Shown piece after piece: positions 47,794 to 59,095 of a DNA stretch of 64,000 nt (position 1 is its first letter; each line of letters starts with the position of its first letter). Both the position numbers and the translations under genes were made by a program. The notes under the pieces were generated by a model. It saw nothing but the letters and a program-made list of their open reading frames with translations. It did not search any database and had not been told where the DNA came from. Origin of the DNA: a virus (taxonomy: Duplodnaviria; Caudoviricetes); the IMG/VR virus record IMGVR_UViG_3300001528_000534, positions 64,001 to 128,000 of that record, one strand, 5' to 3'.

Positions 47794-49731
47794 TCAAATT
47801 AATGGAAATAATTGTAAAAATTCATCTTCTGTAATAATTGGAATTTGTAACTTTTGAGCAGTAAGATTTTTAGAAGAACCAGATTCTTTATCGTTATTTA
47901 TTAAATAGGAAGTATTTTTAGTAACAGAAGATAATACTTTTCCACCATTCGCTTCAATTAAACTCTTTAACATATCTCTATTCTTAAAATGCTTTAACTT
48001 TCCTGTTATTACAAAATTAATTTTTGTTAAATTAATTTCATTCCCTACAAGCCTCTTGTCCTTTTTAAAATTTATAAATTTGGCTATCCTATCAGCAAAA
48101 GAATAATCGTAATGATAAAGAGTGGCATTTAAAGCATCTCCGAAATTTTCTATCTCTGTAAAATCATATTTTCTTTTTATAGCTTCTCTAAAAGACCAAT
48201 AATCGTTAAATATGTCTTCTAATTGCTGAGCAGCTACTTTACCAATAAGTGGAATACCTAGCGCCGCAATAAAATTAGTCATTGTAGTGGTTTTTGAATC
48301 TTCTATTGCTTGTAAGATATTAGAAACAGATTTTTCTCCGAACCCCGGCTTCTTCACCCATTCTTCTTTAAAATTAGATAGAGAATATATTTCTTCTACG
48401 TTACCTAACCAGCCCCAATCAATCAATTTTTCGATAGTGGCTTCTGATAGCCCCTTTATATTCATACCTTTTGACGAACAAAAATAATCTAATTGATTAA
48501 CAAGTTTACCTATGCAATTAGGATTAGTACACCAAAGAACTTCCCCTGTAGTTTTCTTTATTACTGTTCTCTCATGACATACAGGACAAGTATTAGGTAT
48601 ATTAAATTCAATAGAAGTATTAGCAATATCATTATCTTCTACTTTTGAAATTTGAGGAATAATAGCATTAGCTTTAAAAACGGTCACTGTCAATCCCTTG
48701 TGCCAAGGTTTATTCCATAAGGTTTTCATTATTGTAATATTATGTAAACTTGCTCGTTCTACTGTTGTGCCATCAATATCAATGGGTTCAAATATAGCAA
48801 TAGGAGATAAAATTCCTGTTCTACCGATACTCCATTCAATATCTTTTAATGATGAAGTGTATTCTTCATCATAGAATTTATATGCTATTGCGTTTCGTTT
48901 ATGGTGCGCAGTTTCACCTAAAGTTTCCCCATACTCAGTATCGTCAAATTTAAATACGACTCCATCAATAGGATATCCTTTTTCAGTAGCTTTTTCTTTA
49001 ATTTTTTGAACTGCTTCGTTAGGGCTTTCATAAAGGACGTGAGGAACAATGCTAAATCCAAAATTTTCCAATTGAATAAACTTTGAACTTAAATAAGTTA
49101 AATATGAAAGACCTTTAATAACGTCCCATGCTATAAAACTTAATCTTCTTTTTTCACATTCTTTAGAATTAAGAAGTCTTATACTGCCTGCCGCAAAATT
49201 ACGAGGATTTTTATATTCTTCTTTAAATTCTTCAAAAGAAGAATAATCACATATAATCTCCCCATCTACTATTAATTCTTCTTCATAAGGAATCTTTTTA
49301 GGAATATTCTTTATTACTAAAGCATTATGAAGAACATCTTCGCCTTCGATACCATTTCCTCTTGTTTCTGCTGAATATAGTTGTCCATTAATATATCTTA
49401 ATGAGCAAGTTAAACCGTCCATTTTGCACATAGCGAGAGTTGGTTGCTTGCCTAAAAATTTTATGATATCATTTATATCTTTTGTTTTATCAAGAGAAAG
49501 CATTGAATGATTATGTTTTACTTTCTTTAATTTAGAAACAGAAGAATAAATTATTTTCTGAGTAGGGGAATCTGAATAATGTATATTAGAAGCTTCTTCT
49601 AAACGCAATAGCTCAAAATATTTATTGTCCCATTCTTTATCGCTAATAATTGGTGTACCCTCATCATAAAGTTTTGTATGATAATTTAAAAAATCTATTA
49701 ATTCTCTTATTTCTTTTTCCAAAACTTTCAC
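47794..49731 (-). CDS. ligA: NAD-dependent DNA ligase
   Basis: KMDGL adenylation motif, TRGNG, NPRNFAAGS, Zn finger, HhH, BRCT (FVITG). Confidence 0.95.
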   Translation of the reverse strand: MKVLEKEIRELIDFLNYHTKLYDEGTPIISDKEWDNKYFELLRLEEASNIHYSDSPTQKIIYSSVSKLKKVKHNHSMLSLDKTKDINDIIKFLGKQPTLAMCKMDGLTCSLRYINGQLYSAETRGNGIEGEDVLHNALVIKNIPKKIPYEEELIVDGEIICDYSSFEEFKEEYKNPRNFAAGSIRLLNSKECEKRRLSFIAWDVIKGLSYLTYLSSKFIQLENFGFSIVPHVLYESPNEAVQKIKEKATEKGYPIDGVVFKFDDTEYGETLGETAHHKRNAIAYKFYDEEYTSSLKDIEWSIGRTGILSPIAIFEPIDIDGTTVERASLHNITIMKTLWNKPWHKGLTVTVFKANAIIPQISKVEDNDIANTSIEFNIPNTCPVCHERTVIKKTTGEVLWCTNPNCIGKLVNQLDYFCSSKGMNIKGLSEATIEKLIDWGWLGNVEEIYSLSNFKEEWVKKPGFGEKSVSNILQAIEDSKTTTMTNFIAALGIPLIGKVAAQQLEDIFNDYWSFREAIKRKYDFTEIENFGDALNATLYHYDYSFADRIAKFINFKKDKRLVGNEINLTKINFVITGKLKHFKNRDMLKSLIEANGGKVLSSVTKNTSYLINNDKESGSSKNLTAQKLQIPIITEDEFLQLFPLI

Positions 49732-49811
49732 CTCATTTTTTTCTTATATATATAATAACATATTTTTTATAAAAAATCAAAGGAAGAGATAATATCCCTT
49801 CCCTTATTAAA

Positions 49812-52175
49812 TTATAGCTTCATCGCAGAAATAAGTAAATTAGTTTTTATCATAATATTTCCAGAACTAATTCTTGATAACTCTGGAACTTCCTTTGCGG
49901 ATATGCATATATTATTAGCATTACTGATTAAAAGTATATTATGTTTATCACTCGGAGCGCAAAAACCTGCGGCAACATTTGTTTTATTAATAATTATACC
50001 TTTACCTCCTCTAAGTTGAGGAGAAAATTCTGTTAAAGGAATTTTTTTGCCCAATCCTTTTTCAGAAAAGATAAATACATGAGTATCTTCTTTTTCGATA
50101 GGAATACAAGAAATTAAAGAATCTCCTTCGTCTAATTTAATTCCTTTTACGCCAATTGTGACTCTACCCGCGGAAGGTACTTCTTCAGAATTGCATCTTA
50201 AAGACATACCCTTTTTAGTTATTAAGAGTAATTCTTCTGACTCTATGAAAGAGACATTACAAATAGAATCTCCTTCTTTTAATTTAATTGCCGCAATGCC
50301 TTTACTCTTCTTTGTTTTAGTATATTCTTCAAGAAGAGTTTTCTTTAAAATTCCATTTTTAGTAGCAAATAGTACATACTTTTTATTTTCTATTGTACTT
50401 GCCGCAACTATATATTCATCAGAATCAAGATTAATAATAGAACTTAAATACCCACCCTTTGATGTATTAGTGCCTTCAGGAATGTCATTAACGAGTACCT
50501 TATACATTTGTCCCTTGTTAGAAAATAAAAATAAATGTTCAATAGTATTAGTAGAAATAGTAGATATAATTACTCCATCTTCATTTTTAATACCTTTGCC
50601 ATTTCTATTTTGAGGTTTAAAATTCTTTTTCGGAACTCTTTTAATTAAACCTGTTTTTGTAATAATAACAACAACATTTTCAGAGGGGATTTCATTTGTA
50701 TCCTTATCTTCTTTAGGTATTTCTATATTTAAAAGATGAGTTCTCCTTTCATCTCCATATTTCTTTTTTAAATCAAGAATTTTTTCTATAAGTTTATCAT
50801 CTCGATAATCTTTTTCATTAATAATTTTATTGCATTCCGCAATAATTTGCTTTTTTTCTTCAAATTCTTTTAGCAAATCATTCTTATCAAGTTTCGTCAA
50901 TTTACCTAACTTCATATCAAGAACTGCTTTAGCTTGGACTTCATCCAAAATAAAGCGAGACATTAACTTATCTTTTGCTTCACTTGTATTTGAAGATTCT
51001 TTAATTAATTTAATTGCTTCATCTATATCTTTAATAACGATTAATAATCCTTCTAATATATGCGCTCTTTTTTCTGCCTTGTCTTTATCAAAATTAGTTG
51101 CCGCCAAAAGAACATTAGTCTGATGTGAAACATATGCTTTAATCAAATCAATCATAGAGCACATCTTTGGTGTACCATCTACGATATAATTCATATTATA
51201 AGATAAAGTAGTTTGAAGGTCTGTCAAAGCAAATAATTTATTAACTACATTTTCTGGGTTAATTCCTTTTTTAACAGTAAAAATTAATTTATTTTTACCA
51301 AGATTTGATTCATCATTAAAATCTTCTAATAATGAGTCAAAAACATCGACATTTTTTTCTATTTGTTCTTTAATTTTATTTCTATATGTCCTATAAGGTA
51401 TTGTTTTAAAAATAATATCATTATTTTTTATTTCATAAATACCTCTGACTTTTAAAGAAACAGAAGAATGCCCTGTAGCAAAAGCAGTTTTAATATCTTT
51501 GCTATTAACTACTATATTTTCAAGAGGAAAGTCTGGACCTTTTATATAAATCATTAATTCATCAAGAGAAATATCATTATTTTTTATATAAGCCACTATT
51601 CCGTCACATACTTCTGATAAATTATGAGGAAGAGAGTTATGGCTCATAGAAATACCAATAGCCTGCCTTCCATTGCATATCGCATTGGGAAATAGCGCGG
51701 GAAGGACAACCGGTTCCATAAATTCTCCATTGTAGGTTTCTTTTAAAGGAACAACATTTTTCTTAAAATCTTCCATCATTACATCAGTATATTTAGAAGG
51801 CTTCGCTTCGGTGTACCTTGAACTTGCAACCATATCATTATTCTCTTGTGTTCCTAAAGAACCTTGTCCTTGAACAAGGGGATATCTCATTAAATATTCC
51901 TGAGACATCTTACAAAGAACTCCATAACAAGCTTGGTCACCATGAAAATAGCTCGTCGCAAGAGTAGAACCAACAATAGCATTGCATTTCTTTGTCTTAC
52001 CTTTATTATTCATTTTTAAATAATCTTCCATTGTCCATAACAGTTTTCTCTGCGCGGAAAGGAGACCATCTTCTGCCGCAGGTATTGCTCTATCTGTCAA
52101 TACTTCCGAAGCATATGTAAGGAAAGAATCTTTACTTTCATTAATGATATCAACTTCAGTAATAAAATTTTCCAT
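49812..52175 (-). CDS. gyrA: DNA gyrase / type IIA topoisomerase subunit A
   Basis: RAIP..EDGL, HGDQACY, SSRYTEA catalytic Tyr, GPDFP, C-terminal pinwheel with QNRNGKG / QLRGGKG boxes. Confidence 0.92.
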   Translation of the reverse strand: MENFITEVDIINESKDSFLTYASEVLTDRAIPAAEDGLLSAQRKLLWTMEDYLKMNNKGKTKKCNAIVGSTLATSYFHGDQACYGVLCKMSQEYLMRYPLVQGQGSLGTQENNDMVASSRYTEAKPSKYTDVMMEDFKKNVVPLKETYNGEFMEPVVLPALFPNAICNGRQAIGISMSHNSLPHNLSEVCDGIVAYIKNNDISLDELMIYIKGPDFPLENIVVNSKDIKTAFATGHSSVSLKVRGIYEIKNNDIIFKTIPYRTYRNKIKEQIEKNVDVFDSLLEDFNDESNLGKNKLIFTVKKGINPENVVNKLFALTDLQTTLSYNMNYIVDGTPKMCSMIDLIKAYVSHQTNVLLAATNFDKDKAEKRAHILEGLLIVIKDIDEAIKLIKESSNTSEAKDKLMSRFILDEVQAKAVLDMKLGKLTKLDKNDLLKEFEEKKQIIAECNKIINEKDYRDDKLIEKILDLKKKYGDERRTHLLNIEIPKEDKDTNEIPSENVVVIITKTGLIKRVPKKNFKPQNRNGKGIKNEDGVIISTISTNTIEHLFLFSNKGQMYKVLVNDIPEGTNTSKGGYLSSIINLDSDEYIVAASTIENKKYVLFATKNGILKKTLLEEYTKTKKSKGIAAIKLKEGDSICNVSFIESEELLLITKKGMSLRCNSEEVPSAGRVTIGVKGIKLDEGDSLISCIPIEKEDTHVFIFSEKGLGKKIPLTEFSPQLRGGKGIIINKTNVAAGFCAPSDKHNILLISNANNICISAKEVPELSRISSGNIMIKTNLLISAMKL

Positions 52176-52270
52176 AATTTTTCCTTTCTTTATTTTTTAT
52201 ATTTATATTATATCACTTTTTTAATAAAAAATCAATAAGCGAAGCTTATTAAGAAGCTCCGCTTAAAATA

Positions 52271-55200
52271 TTAATCAAAATTAAAGCCTAATTTCTCTGC
52301 ATTATCATAAATGAATTGTTTACGAGGGGCTACTGCTTGACCTTGAAGCACTTCAAGCAAATTACTTGTAGCTTCCGCATCAGAAATAGTTATTCTTTTG
52401 AATCGCTGGTCTTTAAAACAAACTTTATGTAAGTCTTCTGCGTCGAGTTCACCTACGTATAATTCCTTTATTTCTAAAGGTACTGACCATTTCTTCAACT
52501 TTAAAAGTTGTCTACCGTTTCCCGCCTCGTATCAATAGAGGAGGTACTCTCCTACAAAGGAGATGGTCGATACAGGTTTTATACTTCTACGTTTTTCCAA
52601 TTATATCCTAACCAAGTTTGTTGAAAACACTTTTCTTTAATGCCAGTAAATTTATAATCTTCATAAACTTCTTTCCAATGTTCACCGTTCTTTTTTCTTA
52701 AACGAATAGCTTTTACATCATCTTCATTTAATAATGCACGCCCGTTTTGGCTACCTTTTTGTCCTGTATTGTGTTTATGAAAATATTTATTTTCTTCTGT
52801 ATAAACTTCTGGCATTATACTTTTCCATGTTTCCCCCTTCCAGACTTTTGAAAATCCAGAATGACCTATTTTATTTTGATATAATTTTTCTACTTCTTTA
52901 CATCTTTCATGGTTATTATATCGTGTGCGAATATCTATTACATCTTGAGCTGTTAATTTATGCTTAGGATGATTTTCTTCTGCTACCCCATTTCCTCCAG
53001 TAGTAATATTATAACCATGTTGATAAGTTAAAGTTTGCAATTTTTGAATCCAAAATTTTTCTTTTTCATTTAATTCTTCTATATTGCATTCTTCTATTAT
53101 TTCAAAAGTAAAATTTTTTATACCATATTTTTTAAAAGCTTTGTATAAAGGCTTATCTTTAAATCTTTCTTGCTCATATGGAGATTTATGTTGAGCGAAT
53201 CTTCTTTCTATATTATTTGATTGACCAATATACATTTTTTTATTTACTTGGTTAGTAATTTTATAAATACCTATCATATTCTTATCTCCTTTTATATTTT
53301 AGGAGATAATCTTATTTGTAGTTAGTATAACTTCCCACGAGATTATCTTCTATTATAATATAAAATTTATATAATTCAGGTTAACCCGATATGATTAAAA
53401 TTTTATATTATAACGGTCAGACTGCCTCGTTAGCCACATAAAGTGACCCCGCTGATAAGCGGAAAAGTAGATAAGGACCAGACTATCTCTTATCCTTTTG
53501 CTCTTAAAATATCATAACCTGTTTTATGATTCATTTTATAAGCGTCCATTTCTTCTTCTGTATAAAAATATAATTCTTCTTTTCCAGTTTGTACAATGTA
53601 TAGAGGGGTTACCGCCCTATATAATTTTCCAGCTTCAATTAAAGGTCTCATATAGGTAAAAAAGAATGTAATTAATAATAACTCAATGTCTGCACCGTCT
53701 GAATCCGCATCTGTTGTAATAACTATTTTATCAAAATTCATTTTATCAATATTAAAATTGTCATTACCAAAACCTGCGCCAATTACATTTATTATATCCG
53801 ACATTTCTTGATTATTTAAAATTTTGTCAATCGCTGTTTTTAGAGGACTTATTATTTTTCCTCTTAACATATAAATACAATCTGTCTTTTCGTTTCTGGC
53901 TTCAATTGCAGAGCTTCCTGCACTTAACATATGAATCCATTATTTCTAATGGTATAGACTATTTCTTTGGCTCAAGTTTGTCAAACTTTCACAGCCATCT
54001 ACTTTTTCCCCGTTTAACTAGCTTCGTTACCTAAAACTAGAGTGCGTATCAATAGCACTGGTACTTCCCGACAAAGGGAATAGTCGTTACAGCTTTTCAG
54101 ATAATATTTTTAAATCTTTCTTTATTCACAATTCTACGAACTTCTTCTTCTAAAATTGGCAAATTTAATATCTCAATAATATCTCTATTTGAGAAGCCAT
54201 TTTTAAAAAGTTCTCTAATTGCATAAACAGTTTCTTTATTTATTTTCCCCGCATTTAAACTAGCTTGTTCAGAAGATAAACCTTTTCCTTGATGGGAATG
54301 CCAATAAATATTTTCTTCTGAATGATATTCTGGTAATACAGTCTTCCATGTTTGCCAATTCCAAATTTTATAAAAGCCAGATTCACTAATTCTATCTTGA
54401 TATTTTTTATATACATCTCTTTTTAAAAAATGTTTATTATATTCTTCTCTTATATTAATAACATCTTTTTTAGTAATTTTAGCTTTCCCGTTTCTTTCTC
54501 CAGATGCTTTATTTTGATTTGCTGTATTTCCGCCTTCATTCATATTGTATCCATTTTTAAAAGAATCGTATTGTTTAATATAAAATTGTTCTAATTCGTC
54601 TAGCTTGTTTCTATTATCTTCCTGTAAAGTTTCAAGGATTTCCCATTCAAAATTTTCTTTTCCATATTTCCTAATAGCTTGATAAATATGATAATTATAA
54701 GTAGGAAGATTTTCTCTAAAAGCTGTCCAAAAATGAGTTTTAACTCTTCTTTCAATATTGATTGATTGTCCAATATAACTTTTATTATTTATTTTATTTA
54801 CTATTCTATAAATCCCTATTGACATTAACTTCTCCTCCTTTCTAAAAATATTATATATTATCTGAATTTGCCACGAGATTGACTTCAACTTAATATGCTT
54901 TGACATTCATAAATACTTGCTAAGTCTGCCTCGTTAGCTTACTTATTTAAAGTAAACCCCACTGATTAGTGGAAAAATAGATAGGGGCCTAAGTCACTTT
55001 GTACCCTCAACTAACAAGAGATTTCTTTCTTTTGGATTCTTATTAGCACAATCAATGAATTTATTACTTAAAGACATTTTTGCTTTTAAACCTTTTTCTT
55101 TAGGTTTAATATTCCTCGCAGCTTCTCTTGCCTTTTTTGCAGCTTCTCTTGCCTTTCTCGCATTAATAGCTTTATCAGCAATCATTTTAATTTCTTTTTC

Positions 55201-56277
55201 ATTAATAGACAGCCAAGTTTGAAGATTTTCAACAAAAGAAGAAATTTCAAATTTTGTATCAATAGATGTAATTCTACTCTTTACTTGTGCATCATATGCA
55301 ACGCTTGGAGCAGTATAATTAAATACTATATACATTCCTTCTTGGATATCTTCTCCTGAAAGGTTCTCATCTTTATCTTTTAGCCACTTTTTCTCTCTGA
55401 AAAATTTATTCATTTCTCTTGTAAGAGCAGTTTTAAGCTGAGTGATATGAGCACCAGTATCAGTTAAACCTGTATTGACATAAGCTACAATAGAAGACGA
55501 ATAATTTTCAGTATAAGTCATGACAAGATTAAACTTATACTTATTTTCAGCACCTCCGCTGTTATTAATAATTAATCTATTTTTAATTAATTCTTTATTC
55601 TTAACTGTTTCATCAACTAAATCATTTAATCCATTTGTTGAATAGTAATGATAATAGTCTTTACCATTTCGTAAGTTTATTTTTAGACCGGGACATAGAC
55701 AGCTAATTGTTTTAAATAGAGTTTTAATCTTTTCTATTTCAACAATAGTATTATTAAAAAATTCTGCGGAAGGCTTCCACTTTACTATTGTTCCATGAAG
55801 TTCTTTTGGACATTTTGAAACTTCCCTCTTCTCAAAAACGCCTTCTTTAAAAGCAATGCATTCACATAGTCCGTCTCTAACTGTTTTTACCACAAGCCAA
55901 TTACTTAAAAAGGTAGTAATTTTACTACCAATGCCGAAAGAACCTAAAGAAGTTCCTTCATAAGAGCCGTCTTCTCGATATTTTCCTGACGTATTTAATA
56001 CGCTAAAAGCAGCTTCTAGAACTGTTTTTCCGTCTTCTCTAAAAGAATTACAAATAAAACCTTGTCCAAGGTCTTGTACTTCAACAATATCTTCATCAAT
56101 GTTTACATTTATTTCTTCTCCGTGTCCTGCATTAAATTCATCAACAGCATTAGAAAATATTTCTACTAAAAGTTGAGTTGAATAAGTACAATCTCCCGCA
56201 TAGACTCCGGGTCTTAGACGAGTAAACTCAAGAGGACTAAGTGATTCTATACTATTTTCATCATATAATTTTCCCAT
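52271..56277 (-). CDS. gyrB: DNA gyrase / type IIA topoisomerase subunit B (631 aa spliced; exons 56277-55003, 53927-53492, 52455-52271)
   Basis: EIFSNAVDE, GSFGIGSK, spliced VEG|LSAGSS, LRGKI, TDADSDG, spliced KG(T|TA)GE = KGLGE. Confidence 0.93.
52456..53491 (-). mobile_element. Group I intron 2 in gyrB (1036 nt)
   Basis: GGA U|...G|TA GGT; P1 aaggaU/Gtcctt; P7 GACCA/TGGTC. Confidence 0.9.
52579..53277 (-). CDS. Intron-encoded GIY-YIG homing endonuclease
   Basis: MIGIYKITN...MYIGQS...HGYN. Confidence 0.9.
   Translation of the reverse strand: MIGIYKITNQVNKKMYIGQSNNIERRFAQHKSPYEQERFKDKPLYKAFKKYGIKNFTFEIIEECNIEELNEKEKFWIQKLQTLTYQHGYNITTGGNGVAEENHPKHKLTAQDVIDIRTRYNNHERCKEVEKLYQNKIGHSGFSKVWKGETWKSIMPEVYTEENKYFHKHNTGQKGSQNGRALLNEDDVKAIRLRKKNGEHWKEVYEDYKFTGIKEKCFQQTWLGYNWKNVEV
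53928..55002 (-). mobile_element. Group I intron 1 in gyrB (1075 nt)
   Basis: GAG GGU|...G|TTA AGT; P1 agggU/Gcccc; P7 GACTA/TAGTC. Confidence 0.9.
54097..54825 (-). CDS. Intron-encoded GIY-YIG homing endonuclease
   Basis: AGGAGG RBS; MSIGIYRIVN...SYIGQS...NGYN. Confidence 0.9.
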   Translation of the reverse strand: MSIGIYRIVNKINNKSYIGQSINIERRVKTHFWTAFRENLPTYNYHIYQAIRKYGKENFEWEILETLQEDNRNKLDELEQFYIKQYDSFKNGYNMNEGGNTANQNKASGERNGKAKITKKDVINIREEYNKHFLKRDVYKKYQDRISESGFYKIWNWQTWKTVLPEYHSEENIYWHSHQGKGLSSEQASLNAGKINKETVYAIRELFKNGFSNRDIIEILNLPILEEEVRRIVNKERFKNII

Positions 56278-56288
56278 ATGTTCTCCTT

Positions 56289-56999
56289 TCAATCAACAGG
56301 ATAATGCTCTCCTAATACTAAAACATTATTGTATAAACAAGTACATTCTTTAAAAGTATTGTCTATATGAAGATGTCCGCAATACCAATGACCATAATTA
56401 ACATATTGCTCTAAATAATCAAAGAATTTACTTAGAACATTTTTGTCTGGCGTACTTGTAAAATATTTCTTAAAAAACCAATTAGGTGCGGCATGAGATA
56501 TAATATAATCAACATTATAATCTACTTTAGTTAAATTATCTAAAGCCGCATCAATTTCTGTTTTATTAGGGAGTTCTTCTCTCCACCAATCTATATATTC
56601 TTTCCGATATTCTTTATCATGAGATTCCGCTCCACCAAAAGTAAAGAAAGTTTGCTCTTCTATTGTGAAGACTTGACCTCTCATAAGATGTAAAAGTTTT
56701 TTGTTTTCTGTAATAACATGAACTTTTCCTCCATTCCACTCTTCTATTGGATATTCATTCAAAAGAGGAAAATTTTCATGATTGCCGTCTACAAACAATG
56801 TAGTGTAAGGTTTACTTGCAAACCATTTAAGATAATATTGGTCAGTCTTAGAACCGTCCCATATATATCCAAAATCTCCGCATACAATAAGATAGTCTTT
56901 TTCTGTCATAATAATACCTTGTTTTCTAAGACCCTTAGTTGTAATTTTTTTTGCATCATTATGTACCCCACCATGAAGGTCTCCGCAAATATATATCAT
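56289..56999 (-). CDS. Calcineurin-like metallophosphoesterase
   Basis: GDLHG, GDFG, DGNHEN, ISH, GHLH. Confidence 0.88.
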   Translation of the reverse strand: MIYICGDLHGGVHNDAKKITTKGLRKQGIIMTEKDYLIVCGDFGYIWDGSKTDQYYLKWFASKPYTTLFVDGNHENFPLLNEYPIEEWNGGKVHVITENKKLLHLMRGQVFTIEEQTFFTFGGAESHDKEYRKEYIDWWREELPNKTEIDAALDNLTKVDYNVDYIISHAAPNWFFKKYFTSTPDKNVLSKFFDYLEQYVNYGHWYCGHLHIDNTFKECTCLYNNVLVLGEHYPVD

Positions 57000-57067
57000 T
57001 TTTATTTCTTTTCCTTTTTTCATTTTTTTCTATACTTATTATACCACAAATTTTTTAAAAAATCAAG

Positions 57068-57120
57068 AATAAGGGGCAAGTATGCTATTTTTTACTTAAT
57101 AACTTTACTTGTCCCTTATT
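57068..57120 (-). terminator. Hairpin downstream of the holin gene
   Basis: aataaggggcaagta...tacttgtcccttatt inverted repeat. Confidence 0.6.
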
Positions 57121-57122
57121 CT

Positions 57123-57479
57123 TTATTCTTTATTTATATAATTATTAATGTTTTCTTCTGTAACTTTACCTTGTAGTATTTCTGACAAATCTTCAAGCGC
57201 TTCATCAACCATAGATGAAAATTGTTCAAAAGTAATTAATGAGGCAACCCAAGGAAATCTTGACAAGAATAAATCATATACAGCTCTAAGTTTAAGTTGT
57301 CCTGTATGAGAGCCATAAATATTTTCTACTTCCGCAACAGCATTAATGAGCCATTCTTTTATACAATGTAACTATTCTTGAGTAGGCATCTTTAAAAATT
57401 TAATTATAAAAACAATAGCTAAGACAATTGCGGCAGCTGCAATAAAAATTAGCCACCAGTTTTCGGCAATAAATGACAT
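57123..57479 (-). CDS. Holin, LL-H-like single-TM type (118 aa, one TAG)
   Basis: MSFIAENWWLIFIAAAAIVLAIVFIIKFLKMPTQE(Q)LHCIKEWLINAVAEVENIYGSHTGQLKLRAVYDLFLSRFPW...VDEAL; AGGAGG RBS; missed by the ORF track. Confidence 0.7.
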
Positions 57480-57904
57480 TTCTTTTTTCCTCCTTTCTTC
57501 TTCATAGATTTTATTAGCTCCTCTCTTTCAGAGGGTGCTTTCTTAATGTATTCTTTAAGAGCATCGCGTTTCTTCTTTTCTCTCATAATTTTTTCGCTTA
57601 AATAATTAATTCTAGTTTTAAGCTGCTTTATATGGCGAGCCTTTTCATTAAAAGGAATGCTCTGCTTTAAAGTTGTATAAAAAAGCTTTAGCTCTGCTTG
57701 TCTTGCTGAAAAATCATTAATGAGGTCTGTTTCATAATCAATATAGGCTCTTGCTCGAGCAAGCTATATGCCGAAAAAAGAAGAAGGAGCATCTTCTGGG
57801 TGACAAAAAGCTTCGCCCATATAAATTTTCTGACCTACTGAAAATACATAAACAGAGCGCCCTGTGTCAGGATAAAATTCAGCAATTAATTCCTTATGTT
57901 TCAT
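57449..57904 (-). CDS. Hypothetical protein (151 aa, one TAG)
   Basis: MKHKELIAEFYPDTG...GEAFCHPED...FFGI(Q)LARARAY, then coiled coil. Confidence 0.7.
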
Positions 57905-57908
57905 CTAC

Positions 57909-58439
57909 TTAATCCTTTCTAATATTCATTTCTTTAAAAATTTGGTCTATTGATACAGGATAACAGTTATGAGCATCCATACCTACATTATAAGAATTTA
58001 CAAAATTATCCTTTATAATTGCAGAAGTCTGATGAGTATGCCCAAAAAAGTTATAATATCTACAATGTTCATCTTGGTTAGCCAAACAAAGTGGATAATG
58101 GCTCAACCATATTTCTTTTCCGCCATACTTCCATCTCTGACAAAAAGAAACTTCTTCAACATTAGGTTGCTTTAAATATAACTTAATGCGAGCTGTTGTA
58201 TCATGATTACCTGCTATAATATAAATATGTCCATTTAGTCTATTGAGACAAGAGATACCCTCTACGTCCTTACCAAGCATGACATCTCCCAAATGGAAAA
58301 CGGTATCATCAGTAGATACAATACTATTCCACTTTTTAATAATATTTTCATTCATTTCCTGAACATTCTTATAGCCTCTTGCTTCATAAATGAAAGGCTT
58401 ATTATGACAAAAATGAGTGTCTGATGTAAAAAAAATCAT
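57909..58439 (-). CDS. Calcineurin-like phosphoesterase
   Basis: FTSDTHF, HLGD, GNHD, SHYP, GHTH, NVGMD. Confidence 0.88.
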   Translation of the reverse strand: MIFFTSDTHFCHNKPFIYEARGYKNVQEMNENIIKKWNSIVSTDDTVFHLGDVMLGKDVEGISCLNRLNGHIYIIAGNHDTTARIKLYLKQPNVEEVSFCQRWKYGGKEIWLSHYPLCLANQDEHCRYYNFFGHTHQTSAIIKDNFVNSYNVGMDAHNCYPVSIDQIFKEMNIRKD

Positions 58440-58563
58440 ATTTAGTTTTAATATTCCTTTCTATATATATAATATATTTATATTAAAGTTGCTTGAGATA
58501 TTACCCCCTAAAGAGAAAAAAGGGAAAAAGAGAAAAGTTATTCTCGATTTCTTTTATGTTTTA

Positions 58564-58592
58564 ATTATATCATAAAATTTTTAGATTGTCAA
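58564..58592 (-). promoter_or_regulatory. SigmaA promoter TTGACA-N17-TATAAT
   Basis: Perfect consensus with TG extension. Confidence 0.8.
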
Positions 58593-58594
58593 GT

Positions 58595-59095
58595 TTATGG
58601 TGCGACGACGATGACTTCTTTAAAATGTTCTCTTTCTGAAGGATACTGAATTTTTTTGCACATATTGCATATTGAGTTATAAGGAACTTTTCTCAATCCT
58701 TCTCTTTTATTATTTCTTTCAAGACAGATAGAGATAGGAGAGGTAAAGAATATGGCAACATATTCAACTTCCTCGTCAGAAAAACCTAATTCTCTTTTAA
58801 GTTTATTGCGAGAAAAAATAGATAAATTAGTAGAATCTACAAAAACATCTTTATTGTTCTTAGCACAACTTTTGATTTGAAAAATAAATTCCTTAACTAC
58901 GTCATCTTCTTTAGAGAAATACTCTGTTGTAGTTAATTTTATTTTATCTGCATCTTTATTACCAATTAACATTTTAAATCGTATTTCATCTCGTGAAATA
59001 ACTTTATAGTTTTTTGATAATTCATTAGCATGGTTTTTCAGCCATGTAGATTTACCAATGCCGGGCGCGCCAATCATTATAAAAATTTTTATCAT
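58595..59095 (-). CDS. P-loop kinase, polynucleotide-kinase-like
   Basis: GAPGIGKSTW, SRDEIR, VDSTN...R, CLERNNKR..RKVP as in the PNK kinase module. Confidence 0.82.
   Translation of the reverse strand: MIKIFIMIGAPGIGKSTWLKNHANELSKNYKVISRDEIRFKMLIGNKDADKIKLTTTEYFSKEDDVVKEFIFQIKSCAKNNKDVFVDSTNLSIFSRNKLKRELGFSDEEVEYVAIFFTSPISICLERNNKREGLRKVPYNSICNMCKKIQYPSEREHFKEVIVVAP

Noticed and set aside
58461-58510. Seventh copy of the GG-N10-WTAA-N18-CATAT motif upstream of the phosphoesterase
   Set aside because: Only a degenerate match (TCAA/TATTA), and a perfect sigmaA promoter lies just upstream.
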